Shown here in pieces: positions 39,988 through 51,874 of a stretch of 64,000 nt of DNA. Below the pieces are notes generated by a model. It had not been told where the DNA came from. It saw only the letters and a list, made by a program, of their open reading frames with translations, and searched no databases. The DNA is from Thermoplasmatota archaeon (GTDB taxonomy: Archaea; Thermoplasmatota; Penumbrarchaeia; Penumbrarchaeales; Penumbrarchaeaceae): positions 53,223 to 117,222 of the forward strand of contig CBDDUX010000026.1 in assembly GCA_965234725.1 (NCBI GenBank), read 5' to 3'. Positions within the stretch are counted from its first letter, which is position 1, and each line of letters opens with the position of its first letter. Position numbers and translations under genes: made by a program.

Positions 39988-40944
39988 GTGGTGTCTTTGT
40001 ACAGAGGAAAGAAAGTGGCAGTGGTGGTTCCGGCCTACAATGAGGAGGTCCTTATCAGGCCCACATTGGAATCAATGCCTGCTTATCTGGACAGGGTCTA
40101 TGCTGTGGATGATTGTTCCAAAGATAGAACTGAAGATATTGTGAATTATACTATCAAGAAGAATCCCAATATCGTTTATATCAGACACAAGAAGAACCAG
40201 GGAGTTGGCGGAGCAATTGCAACTGGGTACAAGAGAGCAGTGAAAGATGGGATGGATATCGTTGCGGTGATGGCCGGTGACAATCAGATGGATCCCAAGG
40301 AACTGCCCAAGTTATTCGATCCGATCATCGATGGAAAGGCGGATTATACCAAGGGGAATAGATTGCTAGCGGATCCTCATAAATTTGGTATGTCCCCCTG
40401 GAGGCTTACCGGAAATGCAGTATTGACGTTCCTGACGAAGATGGCTTCCGGTTACTGGGACATTATGGATCCCCAGAACGGATATGCAGCCATCAGTGCA
40501 CAGGCAATAAAAGGGATCAATATCGACAAGATGTACAAACGTTACGGATACTGCAATGATCTTCTGGTAAGGTTGAACATACACAATTTCAGGGTAATGG
40601 ACGTTGACATCCCTGCAAGGTACGGAGCGGAGAAGTCCAAGATCAGGTATGGGACTTATATCAGAAAAGTATCAAAACTCCTCATCACAGATTTCCTCTA
40701 TAGAATGATAGTCAAGTACATGGTCCTCAGCCTTCACCCGCTGGTATTCTTCTACTTCTGGGGTTTCATAATGATCACATTAGGATTCCTCGGCATGATC
40801 GGAGGACCTTTCTACAAACATTTCTTCGGAGGGTCCTTGATCCTATCAGAGATCCTTTCATTATTGGTATTGATGGGAGGTTTCCAGCTAACATTCTTCG
40901 GCATGTCCTTCGACATGCAGTCCCAGAGAAAATGCAATCGGTGA
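39988..40944 (+). CDS. GT2 glycosyltransferase
   Basis: VPAYNEE, DDCSKD, NQGVG, MAGDNQMDP, KGNR, DPQNGY. Confidence 0.93.
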   Translation: MVSLYRGKKVAVVVPAYNEEVLIRPTLESMPAYLDRVYAVDDCSKDRTEDIVNYTIKKNPNIVYIRHKKNQGVGGAIATGYKRAVKDGMDIVAVMAGDNQMDPKELPKLFDPIIDGKADYTKGNRLLADPHKFGMSPWRLTGNAVLTFLTKMASGYWDIMDPQNGYAAISAQAIKGINIDKMYKRYGYCNDLLVRLNIHNFRVMDVDIPARYGAEKSKIRYGTYIRKVSKLLITDFLYRMIVKYMVLSLHPLVFFYFWGFIMITLGFLGMIGGPFYKHFFGGSLILSEILSLLVLMGGFQLTFFGMSFDMQSQRKCNR

Positions 40945-41684
40945 ATTATATGGCAGAAAGAAAGAATGCAATTATAACCGGAGCATCAGGTGCTCTGGGA
41001 GGAGAAATGGCAAAGTACCTTCATGAAAAAGGATATGATATTATTTTGCATTATAATAGCAATAATGCAAATATTGATAATATTATAGATGGATTAGATG
41101 AAGGTAAGAATATATCCATAAAATCTGATATTACAAATGAAAATGATGTTTTAAAAATGTTTGAAAGGATCAATGAAGAATATGGAAAGATCGATTGTCT
41201 AATCAATAATGTAGGAATCCACATTGATGCTCCAATTTGGAAATTATCATTGGAGAATTGGAAGAAAGTAATCGATGTCAATCTTACAGGCACATATCTT
41301 TGTTCAAAATATGCAGTACCGATGATGAAACAGAATGGCTTTGGCAGAATAGTGACCATATCTTCAGTTGTCGGTCAACGGGGAGAATTTGGAACATCCA
41401 ATTATGCTGCTTCCAAATCTGGATTGTTCGGTCTGACAAAGACAATTGCCAGAGAAGTTGCAAAATATGACATCACGTCGAATTGTGTCGTTCTGGGTTA
41501 TTTCTCCATAGGTATGATCAATGACGTACCTCCAGAAATGCAGGAAACCGTGAAACAAATGATTCCAAAGAAACGATTTGGGGAACCAAGAGAGCTTAAC
41601 TCGTTGATAAATTATCTGACATCAGAGGACGCTTCTTATTTGACAGGCCAGATAATCGGTTTGAACGGCGGATATTATATGTAG
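40932..41684 (+). CDS. Short-chain dehydrogenase/reductase, FabG (3-oxoacyl-ACP reductase)-like
   Basis: TGASGALG, NNVG, SSVVG, YAASK, RFGEP.E, NGG. Confidence 0.88.
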   Translation: MQSVNYMAERKNAIITGASGALGGEMAKYLHEKGYDIILHYNSNNANIDNIIDGLDEGKNISIKSDITNENDVLKMFERINEEYGKIDCLINNVGIHIDAPIWKLSLENWKKVIDVNLTGTYLCSKYAVPMMKQNGFGRIVTISSVVGQRGEFGTSNYAASKSGLFGLTKTIAREVAKYDITSNCVVLGYFSIGMINDVPPEMQETVKQMIPKKRFGEPRELNSLINYLTSEDASYLTGQIIGLNGGYYM

Positions 41685-41698
41685 ATAGGGGGGTTTTT

Positions 41699-42604
41699 TT
41701 GGAAGGTTCGATTTCAGTCACCGTTGATGTTGAGGATTGGTATCATATCCCATCGGTAACTGGATCTTCATTTTCGGTGTATCCGACTGTAGAGGATTTT
41801 TTTGAGAAATGGAAAGATAAATATGATTATCTAACAGAACCCACACTAAGAACTCTAAAATTATTGGATGATTTCAATGTTAAAGCGACTTTTTTCATAG
41901 TTGCGGATGTTGTGGATCATTATCCCGGCTTGGTTGAGAAAATTATCGAACATGGGCATGATATCGCCTGTCATGGTTTGAATCATGCATGCAATGTCGA
42001 TTCGGATACTAAAAAGGAAATTTATTCAACTGAAGAATTCAAACAAAGGACATTGAAAGCCAAAGGGATCCTAGAAAGAATTGCTAAGAATGAGATAATC
42101 GGGTATAGGGCTCCGGCAGCATATATTAACGGAAATATCATGGATTCATTGGAAGATATGGGTTTTCGATATGACTCTTCAGTTTATGTGAATTCATTGA
42201 TCAATAAAACCGGGATCAAACTTGAAGGTATTTCCACAACTCCATATTATCCAAAAAAGGGTAGTCTTTTACCAGGGAAAAAAAGGAATTTTGTGGAATT
42301 TCCAATGACTCATTGGAATGTCTTCGGGTTCAAATTTCCTACCTCAGGTGGCCCTATGCTTCGTTTCTTCGGAGCTAGAGTGATCCACCAAGGTATAAAA
42401 CAGAGTGTTAAACGAGGCCATGCGGTCTTTTATTTTCACCCTATCGATATCTCTTATGAAAAGTTCCCAAATATCGGTAAAAGAAGACCGATGTATTGGA
42501 TAATTAAAGGAAAAATTGTTGAAAGAAGATTAAAATATATTTTGAAAAAGATAAAAAAGTACAGAATAATGACTTTAAATGAAGCTTTGGAGAATTATTA
42601 TTAA
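41699..42604 (+). CDS. Polysaccharide deacetylase family protein
   Basis: [34 protein letters not shown]. Confidence 0.9.
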   Translation: MEGSISVTVDVEDWYHIPSVTGSSFSVYPTVEDFFEKWKDKYDYLTEPTLRTLKLLDDFNVKATFFIVADVVDHYPGLVEKIIEHGHDIACHGLNHACNVDSDTKKEIYSTEEFKQRTLKAKGILERIAKNEIIGYRAPAAYINGNIMDSLEDMGFRYDSSVYVNSLINKTGIKLEGISTTPYYPKKGSLLPGKKRNFVEFPMTHWNVFGFKFPTSGGPMLRFFGARVIHQGIKQSVKRGHAVFYFHPIDISYEKFPNIGKRRPMYWIIKGKIVERRLKYILKKIKKYRIMTLNEALENYY

Positions 42605-42618
42605 TCGAGGTCCTTTAT

Positions 42619-43182
42619 ATGTCCAATAGAAAATATCCTGAGAAGAAGGCTTTACCCTATACCGTAGTGAAATCCACTTCAGAAAGGATTAAAATGTCTG
42701 CAGAGGAACGTGGATATGAGGGATTATTTGGAAGAATCCATTTTTCATTAAAATATTTAAAAAGTTTTTATTTGAATTTGTTTGCTCAATGGATGCCAAC
42801 TTCAGGACCAAGGGTTTTCTTCCATAAATTACGAGGTGTTTCAATAGGAAAAAACGCATTCATAGGTCCTCAGGTTACAATAGATTATGTGTATCCTAAT
42901 TATGTCATTATTGAAGAAGGAGTATCGATTGCTGGAAATACCTTCATTCTCACCCATTCAAAACCTCTTGAATATCATAAAGATTATTTCGAATCCATGG
43001 TAGCTCCGGTAATAATCAAAAAAAATGCATGGATTACTATTGGTGTCACAATCCTTCCAGGTGTTACTATTGGTGAAGGTGCAGTGATTCTTTCTGGTTC
43101 TGTCGTTACAAAGGATATTCCACCGAATGTAATTGCAGGTGGTTCACCAGCTAAAGTAATTAAGAAATTGAAATTTGATTAA
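42619..43182 (+). CDS. Hexapeptide-repeat acyltransferase
   Basis: [22 protein letters not shown]...GGSPAK. Confidence 0.9.
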   Translation: MSNRKYPEKKALPYTVVKSTSERIKMSAEERGYEGLFGRIHFSLKYLKSFYLNLFAQWMPTSGPRVFFHKLRGVSIGKNAFIGPQVTIDYVYPNYVIIEEGVSIAGNTFILTHSKPLEYHKDYFESMVAPVIIKKNAWITIGVTILPGVTIGEGAVILSGSVVTKDIPPNVIAGGSPAKVIKKLKFD

Positions 43183-44449
43183 TAAATTTATTTATAAAAT
43201 TATGGGGACTTGTATGGCTAATATTTTGCTAATTCTTAGTTATTATGCAGAAAATTACAATGATCCAGGAAATTTTACTCGAGATCTTGCAGAAGGTATT
43301 GATAAACATGGCAACAATGTGACGATATTAGCTCCTCATAAACTAGGGACAAAATTTTATGAAGAAATGGATAAAATCAAAGTTTATCGTTTTCCATATT
43401 TTTTTCCTCTAAAATATCAAAAATTAGCATATGATTCTGGATTGGCTTACAATTCAAAAAAGTATATGATAGCAAAAATTCAAATGATTCCATTTATATT
43501 AATGGAAATCATTTTTTCAATATACATTCAAAGGAAGGAAAAAATTTCAATAATTAACACTCATTGGTTAATTCCTCAAGGTTTTGTTGGAGCGATAATT
43601 AAGAGATTATGTAATGTAAAACATGTAGCAACACTTCATTCATCAGAAATCACATTACTAAAAAAAAATATTTTTACGAGGAAAATAGCATTATTTATTG
43701 CAAATAATTCCGATGCAATATTATCAGTAAGTAAACATAGAGCCACTGAATTATTTAGTATGATACCAAAGAAAATGGTTCGAAAAATAAAAGAAAAGAC
43801 AAAATATATTTCTATGGGAGTCAAGGAAAGAAAAGGAGAAGTATCAAATGGTAAGATTTGTACTTTTTCAAATGATTGCATAAATATTTTATTTGTAGGT
43901 AGACTATTAAAAGTGAAAGGATGTGAATACCTTATTAATGGTTTTAATATGGCATTAAAGGATAATCATTTAAAAAATAAAATTAAATTACATATTATTG
44001 GATTTGGGAATGAAAAAGAAAATTTAAAGAAAATAGTTAAGGATTTGGAAATTGAAAATGATGTGATATTTTACGGGAGAATCCCAAATGATGTCATATA
44101 TAAATATTATGAATCTTCAGATATATTCATAATGTCTTCAATTGTTGATAGTCATGGTTACCAGGAAGGATTTCCAGTAGTTATTCTAGAAGCAATGTCG
44201 TATGGTCTACCAATCATTGCTACAAATATTGCTGGGGTAAGAGAAATATTGATTCACGAGTATAATGGTTTAATTGTTGAACAAAAGAATGCCTTAGACA
44301 TTTATGAAGCAATAATTAAAATGGTAAACGATCATGAATTGTTAGTTCGGATATCATCTAATTGTTTAAAAGAGAAGAACAAATATTCATGGAATACCAT
44401 AACAAATAAATATCAACAAATTTTTGATCAATTAATGGTGAAATTATGA
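43175..44449 (+). CDS. GT4 glycosyltransferase
   Basis: [25 protein letters not shown]. Confidence 0.92.
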   Translation: MINKFIYKIMGTCMANILLILSYYAENYNDPGNFTRDLAEGIDKHGNNVTILAPHKLGTKFYEEMDKIKVYRFPYFFPLKYQKLAYDSGLAYNSKKYMIAKIQMIPFILMEIIFSIYIQRKEKISIINTHWLIPQGFVGAIIKRLCNVKHVATLHSSEITLLKKNIFTRKIALFIANNSDAILSVSKHRATELFSMIPKKMVRKIKEKTKYISMGVKERKGEVSNGKICTFSNDCINILFVGRLLKVKGCEYLINGFNMALKDNHLKNKIKLHIIGFGNEKENLKKIVKDLEIENDVIFYGRIPNDVIYKYYESSDIFIMSSIVDSHGYQEGFPVVILEAMSYGLPIIATNIAGVREILIHEYNGLIVEQKNALDIYEAIIKMVNDHELLVRISSNCLKEKNKYSWNTITNKYQQIFDQLMVKL

Positions 44450-45522
44450 ATTTACTAACTTTTAATTATGCTATGTCTAAAGGTGGATTTTATCAAAGAT
44501 ATCAACAAATGTTGAAAGTAATAATAAAGGAAAATAACGTCTATTATATCTCAACAACAAAAATTGAAGATCATGATAATTTATGTCAAGATATTATAAA
44601 GATAAAGTATAAAAATAAATTGTTTTTTTGGGGATTATTTTTTTTCAATTTAAAGAGAGAGATTACCAAGTTAGAAAGAAACAATAATATAGATAAGGTA
44701 ATTGTATTTGGACCATCCTATGCATATTTATATAATTTATTTTCACAAAAACATAATGATATAATTTTATTTATTCGATCAGATCCATTGGAAGGAAGTA
44801 TCGGAAATTTACCTGGTTTTTTAAGATTTATTGGAAAATATATTACCCGAAAGGGAATATTATACTCCAATAAAATTATTGTTCAGACACACATTATAAA
44901 ACAATTATTGATTAATAATTATAGCATTGAAGAAGATGCAATTTATGTATTACCAAATAATATCTTATTGAAAAAGAAAGTTGATAATAAAAAGATAATA
45001 AATAAAAATAAAATTAAAATATCTATGATATCTAAATTAATAGATCCAAAAAGACCTGATATTTTTATTGAAATAATAGATTCTTTGAGAAAAAGAGGAA
45101 TATATGTTGAAGGTTTGATAGTCGGTGATGGACCTAAAAGAAAAATATTGTCAAATAAAGTAAAAAAATCAAATATAACTATAACAGGTTGGGTCAATGA
45201 TACATATTCAATATTGAGCCAAGTCGATTTCAATATTTTAGCTACAGAAAATGAAGGATTTCCAAATATATTTTTAGAGACAATAAACCAAGAGATCCCT
45301 TTCTTTTGCTCAGATATTACTGTATTAAGATCTATCATTAATTATGACAGAATACTTTTTACAAATGATCAAAAAGGGATAATGAAAGTAGTTTCTGAAA
45401 TCGAAAATGCTATTCAGAATGAAGAAAGTTATAATGAGCTTGTCGATATTAGTAAAAATTTGAAATTATTATATTCATTTAATTGGGAAAAAAAAGTAAA
45501 TACAATTATTAATGAGAAATAA
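44446..45522 (+). CDS. GT4 glycosyltransferase
   Basis: IVGDGP, EGFPNIFLE. Confidence 0.85.
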   Translation: MNLLTFNYAMSKGGFYQRYQQMLKVIIKENNVYYISTTKIEDHDNLCQDIIKIKYKNKLFFWGLFFFNLKREITKLERNNNIDKVIVFGPSYAYLYNLFSQKHNDIILFIRSDPLEGSIGNLPGFLRFIGKYITRKGILYSNKIIVQTHIIKQLLINNYSIEEDAIYVLPNNILLKKKVDNKKIINKNKIKISMISKLIDPKRPDIFIEIIDSLRKRGIYVEGLIVGDGPKRKILSNKVKKSNITITGWVNDTYSILSQVDFNILATENEGFPNIFLETINQEIPFFCSDITVLRSIINYDRILFTNDQKGIMKVVSEIENAIQNEESYNELVDISKNLKLLYSFNWEKKVNTIINEK

Positions 45523-45581
45523 GAAATAAAATAATTTTGATTGGGGTAATGAAATATATTTAATATTAAGGAAGTAATATT

Positions 45582-46916
45582 ATGTCTTATATTAATAAAT
45601 TATTTAATTACTGTTATTATTGTACTAAAGGTCCAGTTTTAAAAACTCTAAAATTTTATAATAAAAGTCAATATTGGGATATTGATAAAATAGAAGAATT
45701 TCAAACAAATAAAATGAGAAATTTATTAATTTATGCTGACAAATATGTGCCTTATTATAATATTTTGTTTAAAAGTATAGAGTTAAATGTGGAAAAATGT
45801 ACAATTGATGAGATTAAAAAAATACCACCCTTAACAAAAGATATAATAAATAATAATCGAGAACAGTTAATCTCTAAAATATATAAAAAATATCAATATA
45901 GATCAAACTCTACAGGAGGATCATCAGGAAAAATATTACAATTTTTAAATGATAAAAAAAATTTGTATCAATCAGAATCTATATATTTAAGGAACAATGC
46001 TTGGGCAAATTTCAAATTAGGTGATAAATATTGCCAATTATGGGGTAGTAAAATTGATGAGACAAATATGAAAAATATTTTATATAAGTTTATTAATATA
46101 TTACATGGAAGGGAATTTTTTTCTTCATATAATTTAACAAATAATAATATGAGAAATTATATGAATAGTATGAATATGTTTAAACCAAAAATTTTAGTAG
46201 GATATCCATCTTCGTTAAAGATATTTTCTATATTTTTAAAAAAAAATAATTTTAAAAATATATCAATAAAAAGCATAATAACTTCTGGAGAAACTTTAGA
46301 ACAAGAAGATCGTCACTATATTGAAAATATATTTCATTGTAAAGTGTTTAATAGATATGGAAGTAGAGAAATCAGTTCAATCTCTCATGAATGTGAAATG
46401 CATGATGGTTTGCACATCAACTCTGAGCACATATATCTTGAAATAATTAAGGATAAATTAGATCAATATCAAGATAATGAGAAATATGGAAAAATTATTA
46501 TTACCGATTTAGATAATTTTGCGATGCCTTTTATAAGATATGAAATAGGTGATTTGGGTAAGTATCATGATTGTAAATGTGAATGTGGAAGAAATCTTCC
46601 CTTAATGAAAATACTTGGTAGAACTTATGATATTATAATTGATAAAAATGGAAATTATATCGATGGTCATTTTTTCTCTAGAATAATACCTTCTGGTAAT
46701 TATGGGATAAAGGAATTTCAAATAATTCAAGAAGAAAAAGGAAGAATAATTCTTAAAGTTGTATCTGAACAAGATAATCTAGAAAAAATTTTAGTTACAA
46801 AAATTAATAAGAAATTACATAATTTAATTGTTGATATTGAACATGTAGATTCTATTCAGAAACCCATTTCAGGTAAGAGAAAAATTGTTATTTCAAAAAT
46901 TAATGGAAATGATTGA
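45582..46916 (+). CDS. Phenylacetate-CoA ligase/CapK-like adenylate-forming enzyme
   Basis: STGGSSG, GYPS, YGSRE, MPFIRYEIGD, C.CGR.LP, SGKRK. Confidence 0.88.
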   Translation: MSYINKLFNYCYYCTKGPVLKTLKFYNKSQYWDIDKIEEFQTNKMRNLLIYADKYVPYYNILFKSIELNVEKCTIDEIKKIPPLTKDIINNNREQLISKIYKKYQYRSNSTGGSSGKILQFLNDKKNLYQSESIYLRNNAWANFKLGDKYCQLWGSKIDETNMKNILYKFINILHGREFFSSYNLTNNNMRNYMNSMNMFKPKILVGYPSSLKIFSIFLKKNNFKNISIKSIITSGETLEQEDRHYIENIFHCKVFNRYGSREISSISHECEMHDGLHINSEHIYLEIIKDKLDQYQDNEKYGKIIITDLDNFAMPFIRYEIGDLGKYHDCKCECGRNLPLMKILGRTYDIIIDKNGNYIDGHFFSRIIPSGNYGIKEFQIIQEEKGRIILKVVSEQDNLEKILVTKINKKLHNLIVDIEHVDSIQKPISGKRKIVISKINGND

Positions 46917-47985
46917 TATGATAATTTTCTTAATTCCCCAAATGTATCCAGAATATATTGGTGGTGCAGAGATATTTAATTTTTACTTACTAAAAAATTT
47001 AAAAATAAATGAATCAGTTATTATATCAAATACTAAAGAAAAAATAGCTGATGTTAAAAATTTTCATTTAATTGGTAATAAATATATACAATATATGTCA
47101 ATTATATTATATTTGTTATTAATATGCACTACTAATTATAAAAGAAAAAAAATTATTTATTTACCATATGGTAGTAATACATCATTGATTTATCCTGTAT
47201 TATTAGTTAATTTTCTATTTAATGTTAAATATGTATTTACTATACATGGAGGAGGTTTATACAAATGGAGAAGAATATTTTTTCACGAACGTTTTTTTAA
47301 AAAATCAAGTAGAATAATTGCTGTATCAGAAGAAATAAAAATTGAATATGAAAAAAGGACTAATAAAAAAATTGAAGTAATTCCACCATTAATTCCCTTT
47401 GATTCAGTATCTAAAAATATACTAATAGAAGAAAAATATTTTTTAAAAGATAAGAAAATTATTTTATATGTGGGGTCCTTAAAAATAATTAAAAGGCCTA
47501 TGTTATTATTAAAATCTTTCAATAAATTAGGTATTGATTATATAATTAAAAATAATTTACTTTTAATAATTGTTGGTGATGGTCCAAATAAAATTGATTG
47601 TATGAACTTTGTTGAAAATAATAATCTCAAGGAACATGTGATAATTGAAGGTATTGTTGATAGAAAAAATATTAGCAAATATTATGCTTGTGCTGATATC
47701 TATGTCATTACATCGAAATTTGAGGGAACACCATTATCATTATTAGAAGCTATGTATAATGAATTAGCTATTATTGGGTCCGATGTAAGAGGTATAAACA
47801 ACATACTTGTTAATAATAAAAATGGATTATTATTTCATAATGATAATGATCTGATAAGTTGTATAAGGAAAATTGTAGATAAACCTGAATTTGGTTATAA
47901 ATTAGGTAAGAATGCAAAAAAGTATATGTACCTAAATTATTCTTATATTGATGTAGTTAATAAATATAGTAATATATTAAAATAG
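46885..47985 (+). CDS. GT4 glycosyltransferase
   Basis: GGAE, YVGSL...K, VGDGP, EGTPLSLLEAM. Confidence 0.9.
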   Translation: MLFQKLMEMIDMIIFLIPQMYPEYIGGAEIFNFYLLKNLKINESVIISNTKEKIADVKNFHLIGNKYIQYMSIILYLLLICTTNYKRKKIIYLPYGSNTSLIYPVLLVNFLFNVKYVFTIHGGGLYKWRRIFFHERFFKKSSRIIAVSEEIKIEYEKRTNKKIEVIPPLIPFDSVSKNILIEEKYFLKDKKIILYVGSLKIIKRPMLLLKSFNKLGIDYIIKNNLLLIIVGDGPNKIDCMNFVENNNLKEHVIIEGIVDRKNISKYYACADIYVITSKFEGTPLSLLEAMYNELAIIGSDVRGINNILVNNKNGLLFHNDNDLISCIRKIVDKPEFGYKLGKNAKKYMYLNYSYIDVVNKYSNILK

Positions 47986-47993
47986 GTGATGTT

Positions 47994-49115
47994 TTGAAAA
48001 TTCCCATTATTATGTACCATAGTATAGGAAAGCCAAATAAAAAATGGATATGGTCTTATTTATCTTGCCCAATTGAGGTTTTTGAAAAACAAATTAAATA
48101 TCTAATAAAAAAAAAATATACATTTGTGACATTAGACGAATATTATAAATGGAAAATTAATAAAATTAAGATAAAAGGAAAACCAATTATTTTTACATTT
48201 GATGATGGGTTTGCTGATAATTTTTCTAATATTTATCCATTATTAAAAAAATATAATTTTAAAATTACTATATTTATCAATCCAGAATTTGTTAACAAAG
48301 ATAATGATGTTAGATACAATAATTCAACTAATGGTGGTTATTTATCTTGGAAGGAAATAGAAATATTAAAAAATACTGGGAATGTTGATTTTCAGTCACA
48401 CACTATGACACATACCTGGTATTTTTCAAATGATAAAATTGTTGATTTTAGACATCCAAGTGATAAATATATTTGGCAAACATGGAATAATCATATTGAA
48501 ATGAAACCATATCTACAAATAGATAATTTGAAATATGTAAGTTTTGGAGAACCAATTTATGAAAACCATAGAGCAATTGAGAAGAGAAAGTTCATTCCTG
48601 ATCCAATATTATCTAAATCTCTAAATGAGTATATATTGAGTAATGGATATGTATCTTTTTTTAACAATATTAATTGGAAAAAATTATTGTTTAAAGAATA
48701 TAATAAAATAATGATATCTAATGATATAAGCAATAAATATGAAACAGAAGAGGAATATAAAATACGATTAAAATATGAAATATTTAAGTCGAAAGAGATA
48801 ATTGAAAAGAAATTAAAAAAGGAAGTGAAATTTTTATGTTGGCCTGGGGGAATATCTTCAAATGAAGCTATGGAAATAATGTTAAAAGCAAAATATTTGA
48901 TGTCAACCAAACCAAGAAATGTTATTAGTAATAGAACAACTGATAGTCGAATAACACCTATTTTGAAGCATTACAAAGATTCTAGTAAAGTTATATATAA
49001 TTCACCAAAAGGTTTCGATAGACAATTGAAGTCTTTTTTATCTCCTTTTCCATTAAATATATATTATAAATATTTTCATTATATCAAGAAAGGATATTAT
49101 ATCTACTTGAGATGA
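47994..49115 (+). CDS. Polysaccharide deacetylase family protein
   Basis: MYHS, TFDDG, SHTMTH, WPGG. Confidence 0.9.
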   Translation: MKIPIIMYHSIGKPNKKWIWSYLSCPIEVFEKQIKYLIKKKYTFVTLDEYYKWKINKIKIKGKPIIFTFDDGFADNFSNIYPLLKKYNFKITIFINPEFVNKDNDVRYNNSTNGGYLSWKEIEILKNTGNVDFQSHTMTHTWYFSNDKIVDFRHPSDKYIWQTWNNHIEMKPYLQIDNLKYVSFGEPIYENHRAIEKRKFIPDPILSKSLNEYILSNGYVSFFNNINWKKLLFKEYNKIMISNDISNKYETEEEYKIRLKYEIFKSKEIIEKKLKKEVKFLCWPGGISSNEAMEIMLKAKYLMSTKPRNVISNRTTDSRITPILKHYKDSSKVIYNSPKGFDRQLKSFLSPFPLNIYYKYFHYIKKGYYIYLR

Positions 49116-49118
49116 TTA

Positions 49119-50197
49119 TAGTCACGCATCTAACAATTGGGACTAATGAGTGATGGGACGAATTTCTTAATCCATGACCTTGCATACCTCAATTTCTCGG
49201 AAAACTCAAGAAATGACTTCGAAATTATCCGCTTCAATTTCCCTAGATTTTTAATGAACTACTTTGAAATCATTCGTTTAATTTCCTTCTAGATGTACTT
49301 AATAGGATTCAAATCTGGAGAATAAGGTGGAAGGAAAACCAGGAAAATATTCAATCTTTCAGCAAGAGCCACTACTGTACGTGCATGATGGGATCTGAAG
49401 TTATCCAGGATGAGGATTATTCTGTCTTTTGGATTCATTTTCCTGATTCTTTTCAGGAAACTACGAACACTTTCTTGTTTTGAATTCTCTCTGAATCCTA
49501 TGACTGGATTCCCGTTTAATGGATAGAATCCAAAAGCATTCGCTTTCATTTTTGTTGTGTTCTTGGATTGAACTGGTTTGCCAAAAGACCAGAATTTCTG
49601 TGTGTTTGATGTGGTTTGCGGAGATGATTGGTCAAGGAAGCCAATAATGTCATCATCTTCAGTTTCAGGAAGGTTTTTTTAAAATGTCTTTAGCATTTTT
49701 TGGTTTTCTATAATCATGGTGATATGGTTTGGCATAGTTCATTCCGAATCCCTTCAATATAACACGTATCTGTTTTAAGGTGTAGTTCACACTAAACTTT
49801 TTGAAAATTAGTTCTTGTACGTCTTTGGTTGTCCAATTATCCTGTTTCTCGAGCAGGGATCGTAGATCTTCCTTTTGTTTTTCTGCAAGGTTTGATGGTC
49901 TGCCACCCGCGAATTGAGGTGTCAATCCATCATATCCTTGTTCGTTCCATCGTTCTTGCCAGAGATATCCAGTATTTTTACTGGCCCCCACTAGTTTTGC
50001 AGCTTCTTCAACACTTCTTCCATCGTATCTGTGTTTGATGAAGAAGAGTCTCTGAAGTACCATTGTGTCTTTTTCAAGTCTTTTTATCTTTTTGGTTAGA
50101 TCTTGGGCATTCATATGCTTGACAATTTGGATATGTTCAGATTTCGACATATCATGGTAATGGCATTATTATGTCTAAAAGGTAAGGTTCGTGACTA
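49119..50197 (-). mobile_element. IS630-family insertion sequence, inactivated
   Basis: Ends TA|TAGTCACG (49117-49126) and CGTGACTA|TA (50190-50199) give terminal inverted repeats with a TA duplication; contains HTH orfA and DDE orfB. Confidence 0.9.
49130..50150 (-). pseudogene. IS630 transposase (HTH orfA 50150-49665; DDE orfB in another frame after an A7 run)
   Basis: orfB has LDNFRSH and LPPYSPDLNPI followed by K-Y-I-TAG where E-x-x-W is expected; the frame continues KEIKRMISK to TAG at 49130. Confidence 0.85.
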
Positions 50198-50200
50198 TAA

Positions 50201-51874
50201 ATGAAAAACAAGATTTTTATTATTTTCATTCTCTTATTCTTACATATATTAAGTATAATGTTTCTAATAATCAATGAAGATTATACTTATTATGCAAATT
50301 TTTATAAAAGTATTCCATTAATCTTCATTATAGTTTTTTTATTGACCGATATTAGTTCAATATATCTTATATTAAGAAGTGGAAGAAATATTATTTTATA
50401 TTATATTGTGATAATTTCTAATATTATTTTTGTAAACTTACCTATTTTTTTAAAAATGTATTTCTGGTTGGGAAATGGAGATCCAGCTAGTCATGTTGGA
50501 ATCATTAATGAAATTAATAATACTAAAACATTAAATGATAATATTGTATATCCTCTAATACATATAAAGACTCTAAACCTTATATATGTTACAAATATCT
50601 CTACTATTATTAATATGAATATTGTAATAATAGTTTTTTCAATCATATACTTCATATTCATATCTTTAATAATGAGAAAGATTTTTAAGACAAAATATAT
50701 GATATTTTCAATCTTTTTATTTGTACCTATTCATATTTGGTTTACAAATTTTACAGCCAATCATATGGCAAATCTTTTTTTTCCTATAGTTGTATTTTTA
50801 TTTATATTATCATACAATGATAAATCAAAAAATAATTTAATTTTATTTTCCATTATATTGATGATATATTCAATATTTCATCCAAATCCAACAATAATAG
50901 TATTGATATTTTTAGTAACAGCATATTTCATTTCTAAAGACAGAAGATATTTATTTCTTTTTACTATGGTAGCGATTATCTTTATACTTTGGATATCAAA
51001 AATATATGTGTGGAATCTTACTATCAATCAACTATATCAATCAATGTTAGGAAATACAGAAAATAATATTACTCAAGTAAGTAATAGAATAAATTATGCT
51101 ACTGGAAAAAACATTGATATTGTTGCATATTTCATTAAAATTTATTTATTAAAACTATTTTTAGCAATATTATTTTTATATGTTCTTATAAAACAACTAA
51201 TTATTAAAAGAAATAGAAATAGATTGGTATTAGTTTTCTTTGTATTTAATATTATAATTTATTCTTTGATATTGATTCTTTACTTCATTAATGCTGGCTC
51301 AGATCCCTTAAGATTGCTAATTTATCCTACAATAATTTCTTCGATATTAATTGTTACGTTTTTCAAAAAAATAATATTAAATAAAAATAAAATAATTATT
51401 TTTTCGATAATATTAATTCTATTTACTTTTAGTTATTCATCTTTATTTCCTTCCCCTTACATATATAAAATAAATTATTATACACCTCAGAAGGAATTTA
51501 ATATGATGGACTATTATTTATCGCATAAAGCAGATAATTATTATATTTCTACAATATCAATTCAACCACAACGATTTGAGGATTTCTTTATTAATGATAC
51601 AAATCATATCGAAGATTCAGAATTGTATGATAAAATCATTCCTGTTCCATTGCATTTTAACTACAATGTTTCTAATACGATAAATACGAATATCACTGAA
51701 AATACATATTTAATATTATGCCAAAGGGATGAAATGATATATAGGGATCTTTATCCCGAACTTTCAAAAATTAGATTTACTGAAAATGATTTTATATTAT
51801 TATCAAGCGATATTTCAATAAATAAAATTTATACTAATCAATATGGATATATCTATATTACAGAGAGTGTATGA
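50201..51874 (+). CDS. Polytopic membrane protein of the glycan locus (polymerase/GT-C-like)
   Basis: More than 10 hydrophobic segments; GD..SH and YP..H loop motifs; soluble C-terminal domain. Confidence 0.65.
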   Translation: MKNKIFIIFILLFLHILSIMFLIINEDYTYYANFYKSIPLIFIIVFLLTDISSIYLILRSGRNIILYYIVIISNIIFVNLPIFLKMYFWLGNGDPASHVGIINEINNTKTLNDNIVYPLIHIKTLNLIYVTNISTIINMNIVIIVFSIIYFIFISLIMRKIFKTKYMIFSIFLFVPIHIWFTNFTANHMANLFFPIVVFLFILSYNDKSKNNLILFSIILMIYSIFHPNPTIIVLIFLVTAYFISKDRRYLFLFTMVAIIFILWISKIYVWNLTINQLYQSMLGNTENNITQVSNRINYATGKNIDIVAYFIKIYLLKLFLAILFLYVLIKQLIIKRNRNRLVLVFFVFNIIIYSLILILYFINAGSDPLRLLIYPTIISSILIVTFFKKIILNKNKIIIFSIILILFTFSYSSLFPSPYIYKINYYTPQKEFNMMDYYLSHKADNYYISTISIQPQRFEDFFINDTNHIEDSELYDKIIPVPLHFNYNVSNTINTNITENTYLILCQRDEMIYRDLYPELSKIRFTENDFILLSSDISINKIYTNQYGYIYITESV

